Assembly (NCBI GenBank): GCA_902619815.1
Contig: CACNGH010000005.1
Location: 15,640 to 79,639 of the forward strand
Length of the DNA: 64,000 nucleotides
Direction: 5' to 3'
Source of the DNA: an uncultured Pelagibacteraceae bacterium
GTDB taxonomy: Bacteria; Pseudomonadota; Alphaproteobacteria; Pelagibacterales; Pelagibacteraceae
Shown here: piece after piece, positions 19,152-29,753 of the stretch
Layout: each line of letters begins with the position of its first letter
Numbering within the stretch: the first letter of the stretch is position 1
The notes under the pieces: model-generated
What the model saw: the letters and a program-made list of their open reading frames with translations, nothing else
What the model was told of the DNA's origin: nothing
Database searches by the model: none
Made by a program: the position numbers and the translations under genes

Positions 19152-19792
19152 TTTTCTAATAACTGAAATTCTTTAATATAATCAGGCCGCAATACATAAT
19201 CTGTTTTATTACCAACTTTAATTTTTTTTAAAGCATTCAATCCAAAGATTACTTTACCAACTGGTGTATATTCTCCTTGGTATAATGGAATATCTTTTAA
19301 GATAATAAAGAATTCACTATCCTCAGTATCAAATTCTCCTCTAGCCATAGCAACAGTTCCTGCTTTAAATTCGTAATCGTTACTTAATTCTGATTTTAAT
19401 TTACCAAGCTTAGATCCACCACTTCCAACTTTAAAATAATTTATATTATCATGATAACCAAACTCAAGATCACCAGCTTGAACCAGAGTATTTTCTATTA
19501 CACGATAAAATGCTGAATTATTATACAAACCTGTATTAATAAAATATTTAAATCTTTCAACCGATTTAGGTGAAACTTGAGGATAAAGTTCAATTGCAAC
19601 TCTTCCACACTCAACATCCATAATAGCTAAATTTTTTGGATCACTAATTTTAAGTTTATCCAAATCAAGTTCTTTGACAAACAAACATTTATTCTTAATT
19701 AAATAAAAAGAACCAAAAGTAAAAACTGCTAATGAAATTAGAAAGATAAATAATATTTTTTCTGATAATGATGATTTAATTTTTTTAATCAT
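19148..19792 (-). CDS. Membrane-anchored cyclophilin-type peptidyl-prolyl isomerase (divergent)
   Basis: N-terminal TM; FYRVI, VQAGD, GTVAMAR, SEFFI, YTPVGKV. Confidence 0.8.
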   Translation of the reverse strand: MIKKIKSSLSEKILFIFLISLAVFTFGSFYLIKNKCLFVKELDLDKLKISDPKNLAIMDVECGRVAIELYPQVSPKSVERFKYFINTGLYNNSAFYRVIENTLVQAGDLEFGYHDNINYFKVGSGGSKLGKLKSELSNDYEFKAGTVAMARGEFDTEDSEFFIILKDIPLYQGEYTPVGKVIFGLNALKKIKVGNKTDYVLRPDYIKEFQLLEN

Positions 19793-20523
19793 TAAAATAC
19801 GAAGTCATCATCAATTAATTTTAAATTTTTTTCTAAATATTTTACTTTATTTTTTAAAATTAAATCATTCTCAATTTTTTTTTCTACTAATTTTTTATTG
19901 ATCATAAGAAAGGAAAAAATTTCAGCCATATCCTCTGAAGGAATAGATTTTGAATATTCTGTTAAAAATCCATCTGTATTTTTATACAGACTAAGATCAG
20001 TTCGATCTGAACAAGTTGAACATTCTGCATATTTAAAAGATGTTCTATTAAATTTAGACCATAAAGCTTCATCAAACATCCTATTATGCTTTGCTTGTAT
20101 CATATGAAAGAATTCATGATGGATCATTCTTTCAAAGTGGTTTTGATTGAAGTTAATGTCTAAGATTAATGACCTTTTAAGAATGTTAGGTACTCCTCCT
20201 GTGTTAATTGAAGAAACAGTCAGATTTTCGCATAAAATAATGAATTTGAGATTATTCTTAATTAAAAAGTCTGCTTTATATTTGTTTAAATTTTTTTCAA
20301 CAATTGGATATTTTTTATCTAATTCATTTTTTTTTGATTTATCACAAGAAATATTTTTTTTTAATCCTATTTTAAAGTTATTCTCAGCATATAAATATTT
20401 TAATCCATTTAAACTGTTTGTATTATAGATCTCTAGATTAGGGATTTTTAAAAGATTAAAAATTTCGTTCGCATTTACTGCTGAAATATTAAATATTAGT
20501 ATTATGGAAATTATATATTTCAT
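19792..20523 (-). CDS. Exported putative zinc metallopeptidase (zincin-like)
   Basis: Signal peptide; HEFFH (HExxH) and GFLTEYSKSIPSEDMAE. Confidence 0.7.
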   Translation of the reverse strand: MKYIISIILIFNISAVNANEIFNLLKIPNLEIYNTNSLNGLKYLYAENNFKIGLKKNISCDKSKKNELDKKYPIVEKNLNKYKADFLIKNNLKFIILCENLTVSSINTGGVPNILKRSLILDINFNQNHFERMIHHEFFHMIQAKHNRMFDEALWSKFNRTSFKYAECSTCSDRTDLSLYKNTDGFLTEYSKSIPSEDMAEIFSFLMINKKLVEKKIENDLILKNKVKYLEKNLKLIDDDFVF

Positions 20524-20577
20524 TAGATTATTATAGACGAATTAAGCTGGATAATATTAACTTAGTTTTAAAATAAA

Positions 20578-21537
20578 ATGAAAAAAGAAAAAAATAAAAA
20601 TCCAATTCAGCCTGTAAGTGGCACAAAAGTTCCAAGATATGCAGGCCCGTCTACATTTGCTAGATTGCCTGAATTAAGAGATGTTGAAAGCTGTGATGTT
20701 GCAATAGTGGGTGTGCCTTTTGATGCGGGAACAAGTTATAGACCTGGTGCGAGATTTGGACCACAAAGTATCCGTCAAGCTTCTAGACACTTAAGAACAA
20801 ATTATCATCCAAGTTATGATGTCGAGCCCTTTAAAATTCAACAGGTGGCTGATGCGGGTGATATAGCCTGTAATCCATTTAGTATCGATGAAGCAATAAA
20901 ACAAATTGAAGTAGGTGCTACAGATTTATTAAAAAAAGTAGGTGGTATAATTAGTCTAGGTGGAGACCACACTATTGCTGTACCTTTGTTAAGAGCAATA
21001 AATAAAAAAAATAAAGGTCCAGTATCATTAGTACATTTTGATGCTCACTTAGATACTTGGGATACATACTTTGGTGCACCATACACTCATGGAACTCCTT
21101 TTAGAAGAGCTAGAGAGGAAGGGTTATTTTTAGATGATGCTTCGATGCATGTTGGTATTCGAGGGCCACTTTATAGCAGAGATGATATTAAAAATGACAA
21201 AAGTTTTGGTTTCAAAATTATTCATTGTGATGAGTTTCAAACCGAAGGAACAGATAAAATAGCTGAGCGAATTAGAAAAAGAGTTGGAGACAATCCATTA
21301 TACCTTTCAATAGATATTGATGTATTAGATCCTGCTTTTGCTCCTGGAACGGGTACGCCTGAAATTGCAGGAATGACAACTAGGGAAATGGTAAATGTTT
21401 TAAGAGGCTTATCAGGCTTAAATCTTGTATCTGCTGATGTTGTTGAAGTTTCCCCAGCTTATGATCATGCAGAGGTCACGTCTCTAGCTGCAGCAACAAT
21501 AGTATATGAATTAACTAATTTGTTTGCAAAAACATAA
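20578..21537 (+). CDS. speB: Ureohydrolase: agmatinase or guanidinobutyrase
   Basis: GVPFD, PGARFGP, GGDHT, DAHLD, HGTPF, SIDIDVLDP, VEVSP. Confidence 0.85.
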   Translation: MKKEKNKNPIQPVSGTKVPRYAGPSTFARLPELRDVESCDVAIVGVPFDAGTSYRPGARFGPQSIRQASRHLRTNYHPSYDVEPFKIQQVADAGDIACNPFSIDEAIKQIEVGATDLLKKVGGIISLGGDHTIAVPLLRAINKKNKGPVSLVHFDAHLDTWDTYFGAPYTHGTPFRRAREEGLFLDDASMHVGIRGPLYSRDDIKNDKSFGFKIIHCDEFQTEGTDKIAERIRKRVGDNPLYLSIDIDVLDPAFAPGTGTPEIAGMTTREMVNVLRGLSGLNLVSADVVEVSPAYDHAEVTSLAAATIVYELTNLFAKT

Positions 21538-21557
21538 AGAGAGGATACTTTTCTCAA

Positions 21558-22991
21558 ATGCTAGAAAAAAGAAATTTTTATATTAATGGTTCATGGGTTG
21601 CTCCAAAAAAATCTAGTGATATTCAAGTTATTAATCCGGCAACAGAAAAAGCTTGTGCAGTAATTTCCCTTGGTAGTAAAGATGATGTTAATGATGCAGT
21701 GCTGTCTGCTAAAGAAGCATTTAAAACTTGGGGATATTCAACTAGAGAAGATAGAATTGCGCTATTAGAAACATTTTACACTTTATATAAGAAAAGATGG
21801 AATGATATAACAGATGCTATTATTCAAGAAATGGGGGCACCCAGAGATTTTGCATCAAAACTTCAAACAGGAACCGGCGCAAGTCATACTAAATCTTTTA
21901 TAAGATATCTAAAAGAGTTCGAATTTGAAAAACCATTAGGGGAGCATGCAAAAAATCAAAGATTGATATATGAGCCAAAAGGAGTTTGTGCTTTAATTAC
22001 TCCTTGGAACTGGCCAATGAACCAAGTCACTCTAAAGGTAATCCCCGCTTTAGCATCTGGTTGTACTATGATTTTAAAACCATCAGAACTAGCGCCGCTT
22101 TCAGCTATGATACTCGCAGAACTAATTGATGAAGCAAAATTTCCAAAAGGGGTGTTTAACTTAGTAAATGGCGATGGAGCTACAACTGGCGATGCTTTAA
22201 CAAGTCATCCAGATGTTAATATGATCTCATTTACAGGATCTACTAGAGCAGGTGCGTTGATATCTCAAAATGCCGCTAAAGACTTTAAAAGAGTTAGTTT
22301 AGAACTAGGGGGCAAGGGAGCAAATATTATCTTTAAAGATGCAGATCCTGAAGCCATCGAAAGAGGAGCTTTAAGATGTTTTAGAAATTCAGGTCAATCT
22401 TGTAATGCTCCAACAAGAATGTTGGTTGAAAAATCTATGTATGGTGAAGCAATAGAAAGACTAAAAAAATATACAAATGAATTTAAAGTGGATGATCCAA
22501 AAAAAGAAGGCGAACATATAGGCCCTGTAATTTCTGAAACTCAATATAATAAAATTCAAACATTAATTCAAAAAGGAATAGACGAGGGTGCAAAACTAGT
22601 CGCTGGAGGCCTCGGAAAACCAGAAGGTATGAATGATGGTTATTATGTAAAACCTACTGTATTTGCAGATGTAAACAACCAAATGGAAATTGCCAGGACT
22701 GAAATATTTGGTCCTGTTTTATCTGTAATACCATTTGAAACTGAGGAAGAGGCAATAGAAATTGCTAATGATACTGATTATGGTTTAACTAATTATATTC
22801 AAAGCCAAGACTCTGAAAAAATCAGAAGACTTGCTAGAAAACTAAGATCTGGAATGGTTGATGTAAATGGTGCAGGTATTGCTGTTGATGCACCCTTTGG
22901 TGGCTTTAAACATTCTGGTATTGGAAGAGAAGCAGGTAAAGAAGGTTTGCTTGAGTTCTTAGAAGTAAAATCAGTTGGTGGTTGGAGTTAA
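21558..22991 (+). CDS. Aldehyde dehydrogenase
   Basis: ITPWNWP, FTGST, LELGGKG, GQSCNAP, EIFGP. Confidence 0.9.
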   Translation: MLEKRNFYINGSWVAPKKSSDIQVINPATEKACAVISLGSKDDVNDAVLSAKEAFKTWGYSTREDRIALLETFYTLYKKRWNDITDAIIQEMGAPRDFASKLQTGTGASHTKSFIRYLKEFEFEKPLGEHAKNQRLIYEPKGVCALITPWNWPMNQVTLKVIPALASGCTMILKPSELAPLSAMILAELIDEAKFPKGVFNLVNGDGATTGDALTSHPDVNMISFTGSTRAGALISQNAAKDFKRVSLELGGKGANIIFKDADPEAIERGALRCFRNSGQSCNAPTRMLVEKSMYGEAIERLKKYTNEFKVDDPKKEGEHIGPVISETQYNKIQTLIQKGIDEGAKLVAGGLGKPEGMNDGYYVKPTVFADVNNQMEIARTEIFGPVLSVIPFETEEEAIEIANDTDYGLTNYIQSQDSEKIRRLARKLRSGMVDVNGAGIAVDAPFGGFKHSGIGREAGKEGLLEFLEVKSVGGWS

Positions 22992-24178
22992 TTTAAAGAA
23001 GATTTTTCTTTGATCCCATCGAGTAATTTTAAACATTTTTTTAATTCATCTAAAATTATAAATTCATCAATTTTGTGTGCTTGTTCAATAGAACCTGGGC
23101 CACAAACTACTGTACTTATTCCTATTTCTTGAAATAAGCCTGCTTCCGTTCCAAAAGAAACAACTTGTCTCGAGTTATCACCTGTTAAACTTGAAATTAA
23201 TTCACAGGCATCAGATTTATCCTTACGATCAAATCCAATTATTTCTCCAATAACTTTTTTTTCAATAGATGAACTGGAAAAAACTTTTTTCATTTCTGGT
23301 AATAAAACATCATTTGCATATTTATCTAATTCTTGATTTAGAAATATTGCATCTTCTTTAATCACTGGTCTTGTTTCCCAGTTGACATGACATTTATCTG
23401 CAATCACGTTGTGAGCAATTCCTCCAAATATCCCTCCTATCGAAAGAGTTGAATGTGGGGGTTCAAATATTGAGTCTTTAGGGGCTCTTTCTTTAAGTTT
23501 TTCCCTTAATTCAATCAATTTATTTACGTATCTTGAAGCGTATTCGACAGCGCTTACACCTTTATGCGGCGCTGAGCTATGACCCGCTAAACCCTTAAAA
23601 TATGTTGTATATTCGTAACATCCTTTATGAGCATCAATAATTTTCATGTTTGTAGGTTCTCCAACAATACAAATTCCATCTTTAATTTCTCTTTTTTTTA
23701 ACTCCTTAATGAGAATTGGCGCTCCTTGGCATGCAGTTTCTTCATCAAAAGTGAAAGAAAAATGAATATCTCTATCCAGATTAGATTTTGAATAAATTGG
23801 TGCAAAAGCTAATGAGCATGCAATAAATCCTTTCATATCACACGATCCTCTTCCATAAAGTTTATCACCTTTGATAGTTGCTTTGAAAGGATCTGTTGCC
23901 CAACCTTTGGATACAGGCACAACATCTGTATGTCCAGATAAGATTATAGGTTTTTTATTACTGGGTTTTTTAGATTTTATTGTTGCAAATAAATTAACTC
24001 TTTTTTTGTGCTCATCAAAAGTTCTAAAAGAAGTAGCTCCGAGTTTTTTTAATATATTATCACAATAATCAATTAGAGAATTGTTATCTTCTCCAGAGAT
24101 TGTTTTAAACGCTATTAAGTCAATTAAAATCTTAACTGAATTATCAAACAAAACTTCTAAATTATTTTCTGTACTCAT
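22988..24178 (-). CDS. argE: Acetylornithine deacetylase (M20 family)
   Basis: SGHTDVVP, GRGSCDMKG, DEE, GEPT, GHSS, GPGSIEQAH. Confidence 0.88.
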   Translation of the reverse strand: MSTENNLEVLFDNSVKILIDLIAFKTISGEDNNSLIDYCDNILKKLGATSFRTFDEHKKRVNLFATIKSKKPSNKKPIILSGHTDVVPVSKGWATDPFKATIKGDKLYGRGSCDMKGFIACSLAFAPIYSKSNLDRDIHFSFTFDEETACQGAPILIKELKKREIKDGICIVGEPTNMKIIDAHKGCYEYTTYFKGLAGHSSAPHKGVSAVEYASRYVNKLIELREKLKERAPKDSIFEPPHSTLSIGGIFGGIAHNVIADKCHVNWETRPVIKEDAIFLNQELDKYANDVLLPEMKKVFSSSSIEKKVIGEIIGFDRKDKSDACELISSLTGDNSRQVVSFGTEAGLFQEIGISTVVCGPGSIEQAHKIDEFIILDELKKCLKLLDGIKEKSSLN

Positions 24179-24205
24179 ATTTAGGTTTCATTATATATTA
24201 ATTAT

Positions 24206-24547
24206 ATGAAAGAACAAATAACCTACGATATTTTCGATAAAGTTGACATTAGAGTTGGCACTGTAATTTCAGTTCAAAAAAATGAAAAGGCAAGAAAACC
24301 ATCATTAGTCGTAAGTGTAGATTTTGGTAATGAAATTGGAATTAAACAATCTTCAGCTCAAATAACTCACTATTACAACGAGGAAAATTTAAAAGGAAAA
24401 CAGGTTATAGGAGTTTGTAATTTTCCTGAAAAAAATATTGCTGGTGTAGTTTCTCAGGTTCTTATTCTTGGATCAATTGATGCAGAAGGTAAAGTAATAC
24501 TAGTCCATCCATCTCAAAAATCTGAGAATGGTCTTCCTATAGCATAA
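24206..24547 (+). CDS. csaA: tRNA-binding protein / chaperone CsaA
   Basis: VDIRVGT, DFG, SSAQIT, NFPEKNIAG. Confidence 0.88.
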   Translation: MKEQITYDIFDKVDIRVGTVISVQKNEKARKPSLVVSVDFGNEIGIKQSSAQITHYYNEENLKGKQVIGVCNFPEKNIAGVVSQVLILGSIDAEGKVILVHPSQKSENGLPIA

Positions 24548-24549
24548 AA

Positions 24550-25143
24550 ATGCACCCAGAAATTTTATCTATCACATTGTTTGGAATTGTAGCTGCGTTC
24601 ACTCCTGGACCAAATAATTTTATAGCATTTTATTCTGGATTTAATTTTGGAATTAAAAGAACTATCCCACTTATAATTGGAGTTACTTTAGGTTTCCCCT
24701 TTCTTTTATTATGTGTTGCGCTGGGATTAATTAATATATTTAAGTTATATCCATTAATTCAAGAAATATTAAAATATTTAGGAACATTATTTTTAATTTA
24801 TTTGGCTTATAAGATTTCATTTTCAAAATCTACCAATATAGAAAATAAAGATAAAAATCCTGTGAAATTTATAAATACTTTTGTTTTTCAATTTTTAAAT
24901 CCAAAAGGGGTAATTGCATCTGTGATTGTTGTTTCGACTTATTTAAATCCAGGTGAAAATTTTGTTAATTTTACGACTCAAATTATTATTTTAGCGCTAA
25001 TCGTTTCAGTAACCAGCATCACTCTTTGGACATTCATGGGCAAATTTATAAGGAAATTTGCGACAAATCAGAAATATATTAATTATTTTAATTATGCTAT
25101 GTCACTGCTTCTTTTAATAAGCATAATAACTTTTTATTTATAA
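24550..25143 (+). CDS. LysE/RhtB family exporter
   Basis: TPGPNN, YLAYKI, FQFLNPK. Confidence 0.88.
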   Translation: MHPEILSITLFGIVAAFTPGPNNFIAFYSGFNFGIKRTIPLIIGVTLGFPFLLLCVALGLINIFKLYPLIQEILKYLGTLFLIYLAYKISFSKSTNIENKDKNPVKFINTFVFQFLNPKGVIASVIVVSTYLNPGENFVNFTTQIIILALIVSVTSITLWTFMGKFIRKFATNQKYINYFNYAMSLLLLISIITFYL

Positions 25144-25144
25144 C

Positions 25145-27814
25145 ATGACACCAGGAAACAAAAATTCGTACAATTCACTTAAACAAATTTCAGTAAATAA
25201 TAAAGATTACAAATATTACTCTCTAATTGAAGCTGAAAAAAATGGACTAAATGGCATATCTAAGTTGCCAAAATCTTTAAAGGTTCTTTTAGAAAATTTA
25301 TTAAGATATGAAGATGATCTATCAGTAAATAAAAACCAAATAGACTCTATTAAAAATTGGCTAGAAACAAAAAACTCAAATACGGAAATTGCCTATAGAC
25401 CCGCAAGAGTTTTACTTCAGGATTACACTGGTATTCCAGCTGTAGCAGACTTAGCTGCAATGAGAGAAGCAGTCAAAGATAAAAATAAAGATCCAAATAC
25501 AATTAATCCACTATCTTCTGTTGATCTTGTTATAGATCACTCAGTGCAAGTTGATCAATCTGCAAAAACAGATTCTTTTGAAAAAAATGTTGATATCGAA
25601 TTTGAACGAAACGCTGAGCGTTATTCTTTTTTAAAATGGGGACAACAAGCTTTTAATAACTTTAGAATAGTACCCCCTGGCACAGGTATTTGCCATCAAG
25701 TAAATTTAGAATATTTATCTAAAGTAGTTTGGTCAGAGAAATTTAAAAGTGATAATTATCTTTTTCCTGATACTTTAGTTGGAACAGATAGTCATACAAC
25801 TATGGTTAATGGATTATCAGTTTTGGGTTGGGGTGTTGGTGGTATTGAAGCAGAAGCTGGAATGCTAGGCCAACCTATTTCAATGTTAATTCCTGAAGTT
25901 ATAGGTTTTGAAGTTAAAAATAAAATGCCTGAAGGAACTACTGCAACAGATTTAGTCTTAACAGTTGTGAAGATGCTCAGAGATAAAGGAGTTGTTGGAA
26001 AATTTGTTGAATTTTATGGTGAAGGATTAAAAAATTTAACTCTTGCTGATAGAGCAACTATTGCAAATATGGCTCCTGAATATGGAGCAACATGTGGTTT
26101 TTTTCCAATAGATGATGAAACTTTAAAATATTTAAAATTCTCAGGAAGAGATCAACATACAGTTGATATAGTTGAGAAGTATGCAAAAGAGCAAGGACTA
26201 TGGGCAAGCAATGATATTGTTTTTACAGACACACTTACATTAGATATGTCTTCAATTGTACCTACTATATCAGGTCCTAAGAGGCCACAAGATAAAGTTT
26301 TATTAACAGATGCTCCAACGTCTTTTAAAAAAGTATTAGAGGAAGCAACTAACACAAAAGAAAAGTCGGTTGCAAAAGTTTCGAATTCTGATTTTGAAAT
26401 AAAAGACGGTTCAATACTTATTGCAGCAATAACTTCGTGTACAAATACTTCAAATCCAAATGTTTTAATTGGTGCTGGTTTGTTAGCTAAAAAAGCAGTC
26501 GAGCTTGGGTTAGAAGTTAAACCTTGGGTAAAAACCTCATTAGCACCAGGATCTCAGGTTGTAACAGATTATTTGGCTAAAGCAGGATTGAACACTTATT
26601 TAGATAAATTAGGTTTTAATTTAGTAGGTTATGGGTGCACAACTTGTATCGGTAACTCTGGACCATTAGCAGATAATATTGTTGAGGCTATTCAAAAAGA
26701 GAACATTTATGCGGTCTCAGTTTTATCGGGAAATAGAAACTTTGAAGGAAGAATCTCTCCTCATATCAAAGCTAATTATTTAGCATCACCACCTTTAGTT
26801 GTCGCTTATGCCCTAGCAGGTCATATGGAATTTGATTTATATAAAGATTCATTAGGAAAAGATAAGGATGGCAACGATGTCTTTTTAAAAGACATATGGC
26901 CTTCAAATGACGAAATTGAAAATACTTTAAAACAATCTTTAAATGCTGAAATGTTTATTAATAGATACTCAAATGTTTCTGAAGGACCAAGTCAATGGCA
27001 AAAAATTAAAACTGATCATACTAGTATTTATAATTGGGACAAAGGTTCAACGTATGTAAAAAAACCGCCATTTTTTGACTCTTTGCCAGATGAACCAGAA
27101 GGATTTAAAGAAATAAAAGATGCAAGACCTTTGCTTATATTAGGAGATATGGTTACAACGGATCACATTTCCCCAGCAGGAAGTATTCAAAAAGATAGTC
27201 CAACAGGGGAGTATTTTATGGAGCATCAGATTTTACCAAAAGATTATAACTCATATGGATCAAGAAGAGGAAACCATGAAGTAATGATGAGAGGAACTTT
27301 TGCTAATATTAGAATAAGAAATGAAATGGCCCCTGGAACAGAAGGTGGATTTACAAAATTATATCCAGAAGAAAAGGTTTTATCAGTTTATGATGCGGTA
27401 GTAGAATATAAAAAGAGAGGTACTGATTTAGTAGTAATAGGTGGCAAAGAATATGGAACTGGTTCCTCAAGGGATTGGGCCGCTAAAGGAACAAAATTAT
27501 TGGGTATTAAAGCAGTATTAGCTGAAAGTTTTGAGAGAATTCATAGGTCCAATTTGATTGGAATGGGGGTTTTACCTTTACAATTTATAAATGAAGTTAA
27601 TCGGAAAAATTTAAATTTAATTGGCTCAGAATTAATCAGTATTATTGATATTGAAAAAGGAATTAATCCATCTGATGAAGTGATGGTAGAGATAAAATAT
27701 GCATCTGGCGAAATGAAGAAAGTAAAAACTTTGTGTAGAATAGATACCAAAAATGAGCTGGAGTATTATAAAAATGGTGGGATATTACAGTATGTGTTAA
27801 GGAACATGATTTAA
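25145..27814 (+). CDS. acnA: Aconitate hydratase A
   Basis: DHSVQVD, GTDSHTT, ITSCTNTSNP, GCTTCIGNSG, DHISPAG, GSSRDWAAKG. Confidence 0.97.
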   Translation: MTPGNKNSYNSLKQISVNNKDYKYYSLIEAEKNGLNGISKLPKSLKVLLENLLRYEDDLSVNKNQIDSIKNWLETKNSNTEIAYRPARVLLQDYTGIPAVADLAAMREAVKDKNKDPNTINPLSSVDLVIDHSVQVDQSAKTDSFEKNVDIEFERNAERYSFLKWGQQAFNNFRIVPPGTGICHQVNLEYLSKVVWSEKFKSDNYLFPDTLVGTDSHTTMVNGLSVLGWGVGGIEAEAGMLGQPISMLIPEVIGFEVKNKMPEGTTATDLVLTVVKMLRDKGVVGKFVEFYGEGLKNLTLADRATIANMAPEYGATCGFFPIDDETLKYLKFSGRDQHTVDIVEKYAKEQGLWASNDIVFTDTLTLDMSSIVPTISGPKRPQDKVLLTDAPTSFKKVLEEATNTKEKSVAKVSNSDFEIKDGSILIAAITSCTNTSNPNVLIGAGLLAKKAVELGLEVKPWVKTSLAPGSQVVTDYLAKAGLNTYLDKLGFNLVGYGCTTCIGNSGPLADNIVEAIQKENIYAVSVLSGNRNFEGRISPHIKANYLASPPLVVAYALAGHMEFDLYKDSLGKDKDGNDVFLKDIWPSNDEIENTLKQSLNAEMFINRYSNVSEGPSQWQKIKTDHTSIYNWDKGSTYVKKPPFFDSLPDEPEGFKEIKDARPLLILGDMVTTDHISPAGSIQKDSPTGEYFMEHQILPKDYNSYGSRRGNHEVMMRGTFANIRIRNEMAPGTEGGFTKLYPEEKVLSVYDAVVEYKKRGTDLVVIGGKEYGTGSSRDWAAKGTKLLGIKAVLAESFERIHRSNLIGMGVLPLQFINEVNRKNLNLIGSELISIIDIEKGINPSDEVMVEIKYASGEMKKVKTLCRIDTKNELEYYKNGGILQYVLRNMI

Positions 27815-27815
27815 T

Positions 27816-28460
27816 ATGGACGAAGACGTATCAATAATAAACACAAACACTAGAAACGAAAAAATAAAAAATTTTTTTCTAAATAATAAAAATAAATTAA
27901 TTTTTGGAATTATTATTATACTGGTAGGAATTGTTGCAGTTTATGGTTTTGATAAATATCAGACAAATAAAAAACAACAAATCTCAGACAATTATAATTT
28001 AATCACAATTGAATATTCAGAAAACAATAAAGAAAAAACGACTAATAAGTTGATTGAAATAGTAAATGCAAAAGATCCAACTTATTCTCCGTTGTCGCTT
28101 TATTTTATTATTGATAATAAACTTCTTTCTGATCAAAAACAGATAAATGAGTTATTTGATATTTTAATTAATCAGACACCATTAGATGATGAAATTAATA
28201 ATTTAATTATTTACAAAAAAGCTTTATTTAATGCAGATCAATATCCCGAGGGAGATATGTTAAATATTCTAAATCCACTAATTAACTCTAAAAGTGTTTG
28301 GAAATCGCATGCCTTATATTTAATGGCAGAGTATTTTTATGCCAAAGAACAAAATCAGAAGGCAAAAGAGTTTTTCAATCAAATAATCAGTTCAGAAAAC
28401 CCGAATCCAGATATAAGGTTACAAGCAGAGAAAAGATTGAATAGAGATTTGAGTGAATAG
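27816..28460 (+). CDS. YfgM-like membrane-anchored TPR protein
   Basis: Single N-terminal TM, helical TPR-like C-terminus, located upstream of bamB-like gene. Confidence 0.65.
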   Translation: MDEDVSIINTNTRNEKIKNFFLNNKNKLIFGIIIILVGIVAVYGFDKYQTNKKQQISDNYNLITIEYSENNKEKTTNKLIEIVNAKDPTYSPLSLYFIIDNKLLSDQKQINELFDILINQTPLDDEINNLIIYKKALFNADQYPEGDMLNILNPLINSKSVWKSHALYLMAEYFYAKEQNQKAKEFFNQIISSENPNPDIRLQAEKRLNRDLSE

Positions 28461-29751
28461 ATTAGTTATTTTATTAATTGCTCTTTTTTTCATAAACAAT
28501 TGTTCATTTAACGAAAATTCAAAAATATGGAAAGATAAAGAGAAAGAGATTTCAACTAAATCAAAGTTAAAAAAAGTATTTGCAGAAGAACAGTTAGAAG
28601 TTCAAGAATTTAATCAAAGTTTAAATTTAGATTTATCAGGCATTAAAACAAATAATAAATTTATTGATAATCAAAATAATTTTGGCTCACAAAATTATAA
28701 AGGAAAACTAGGTAAAATCGGAAGTTATAAATTTTCCAAGTTAGAGGAATTAAACCAAATTAATTTCAAACCACTATTTATTAAAAATGATATCGTATTT
28801 TTTGACAAAAAAGGATCAATTACAAGATATGATGAAAAGCGAAAAGCTATTTGGAAAAAAAACCATTATTCTAAGGCTGAAAAAAAATTATATCCAAAAT
28901 TAAATTTTATTTTACATGAAGAAAGTATTTTGGTTAGCGACAGTATAGCAAAATATTATTCAATTAATGCAAATAATGGTGAATTGAATTGGTCTAAAAA
29001 TAATACCTATCCTTTTAACTCAGAGATTAAAAAATATAAAAATAAATTTTTTGTTATCGATTATAAAAATACACTCAGATGTTATAAAATAGAGGATGGA
29101 TCAGAATGCTGGAATTTACAAACAGAAGATTCTTTTACAATATCAAACTCTAAGTATTCATTAATTATAATCGGTGACATGATTGTTTTTAGTAATTCAA
29201 TTGGCGACATAACAGCTGTCGATGTTGATAGTGGTCTGATTATTTGGCAATTACCCACTCAAAGTAGCAGTATTATAAATGAAACTTATAATTTCAAAAC
29301 TTCAAAACTTGTTTCTGACGGTAATTCTATTTTTATTTCAAATAATAAAAATGAATTTTATTCAATTGATGTAAAAACAGGTACCACAAACTGGATAAGT
29401 GATATTAATTCTAATATTACGCCACTGATAACTGGAAATTTAATATTTACAGTTTCAAATAAAGGCTATTTGTATGCAATAGAAAAGAATAAAGGAAATA
29501 TAATTAGAGTAACCGATCTTTTTAAAATTTATAAAAAGAAAAAAAGAAAAAATATTTACCCAGTAGGATTTGCAATAGGTAATAAAAATTTATATTTAAC
29601 AAATTCAGACGGTAAAATGATTGTAGTAGATTTACAAAATAGTAACATTCTCAAAACAGAAAAAGTTTCTTCTAACCTTGTCTCAAGGCCATTTATATTT
29701 AATAATAAATTATTTTTAGTCAGAAATGGATCTATCATCCAGTTTAATTAG
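28453..29751 (+). CDS. PQQ-like beta-propeller lipoprotein (BamB-like)
   Basis: Lipobox-like FINNC; repeated blades NGELNW, DGSECW, SGLIIW, TGTTNW. Confidence 0.75.
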   Translation: MNRLVILLIALFFINNCSFNENSKIWKDKEKEISTKSKLKKVFAEEQLEVQEFNQSLNLDLSGIKTNNKFIDNQNNFGSQNYKGKLGKIGSYKFSKLEELNQINFKPLFIKNDIVFFDKKGSITRYDEKRKAIWKKNHYSKAEKKLYPKLNFILHEESILVSDSIAKYYSINANNGELNWSKNNTYPFNSEIKKYKNKFFVIDYKNTLRCYKIEDGSECWNLQTEDSFTISNSKYSLIIIGDMIVFSNSIGDITAVDVDSGLIIWQLPTQSSSIINETYNFKTSKLVSDGNSIFISNNKNEFYSIDVKTGTTNWISDINSNITPLITGNLIFTVSNKGYLYAIEKNKGNIIRVTDLFKIYKKKKRKNIYPVGFAIGNKNLYLTNSDGKMIVVDLQNSNILKTEKVSSNLVSRPFIFNNKLFLVRNGSIIQFN

Positions 29752-29753
29752 GT

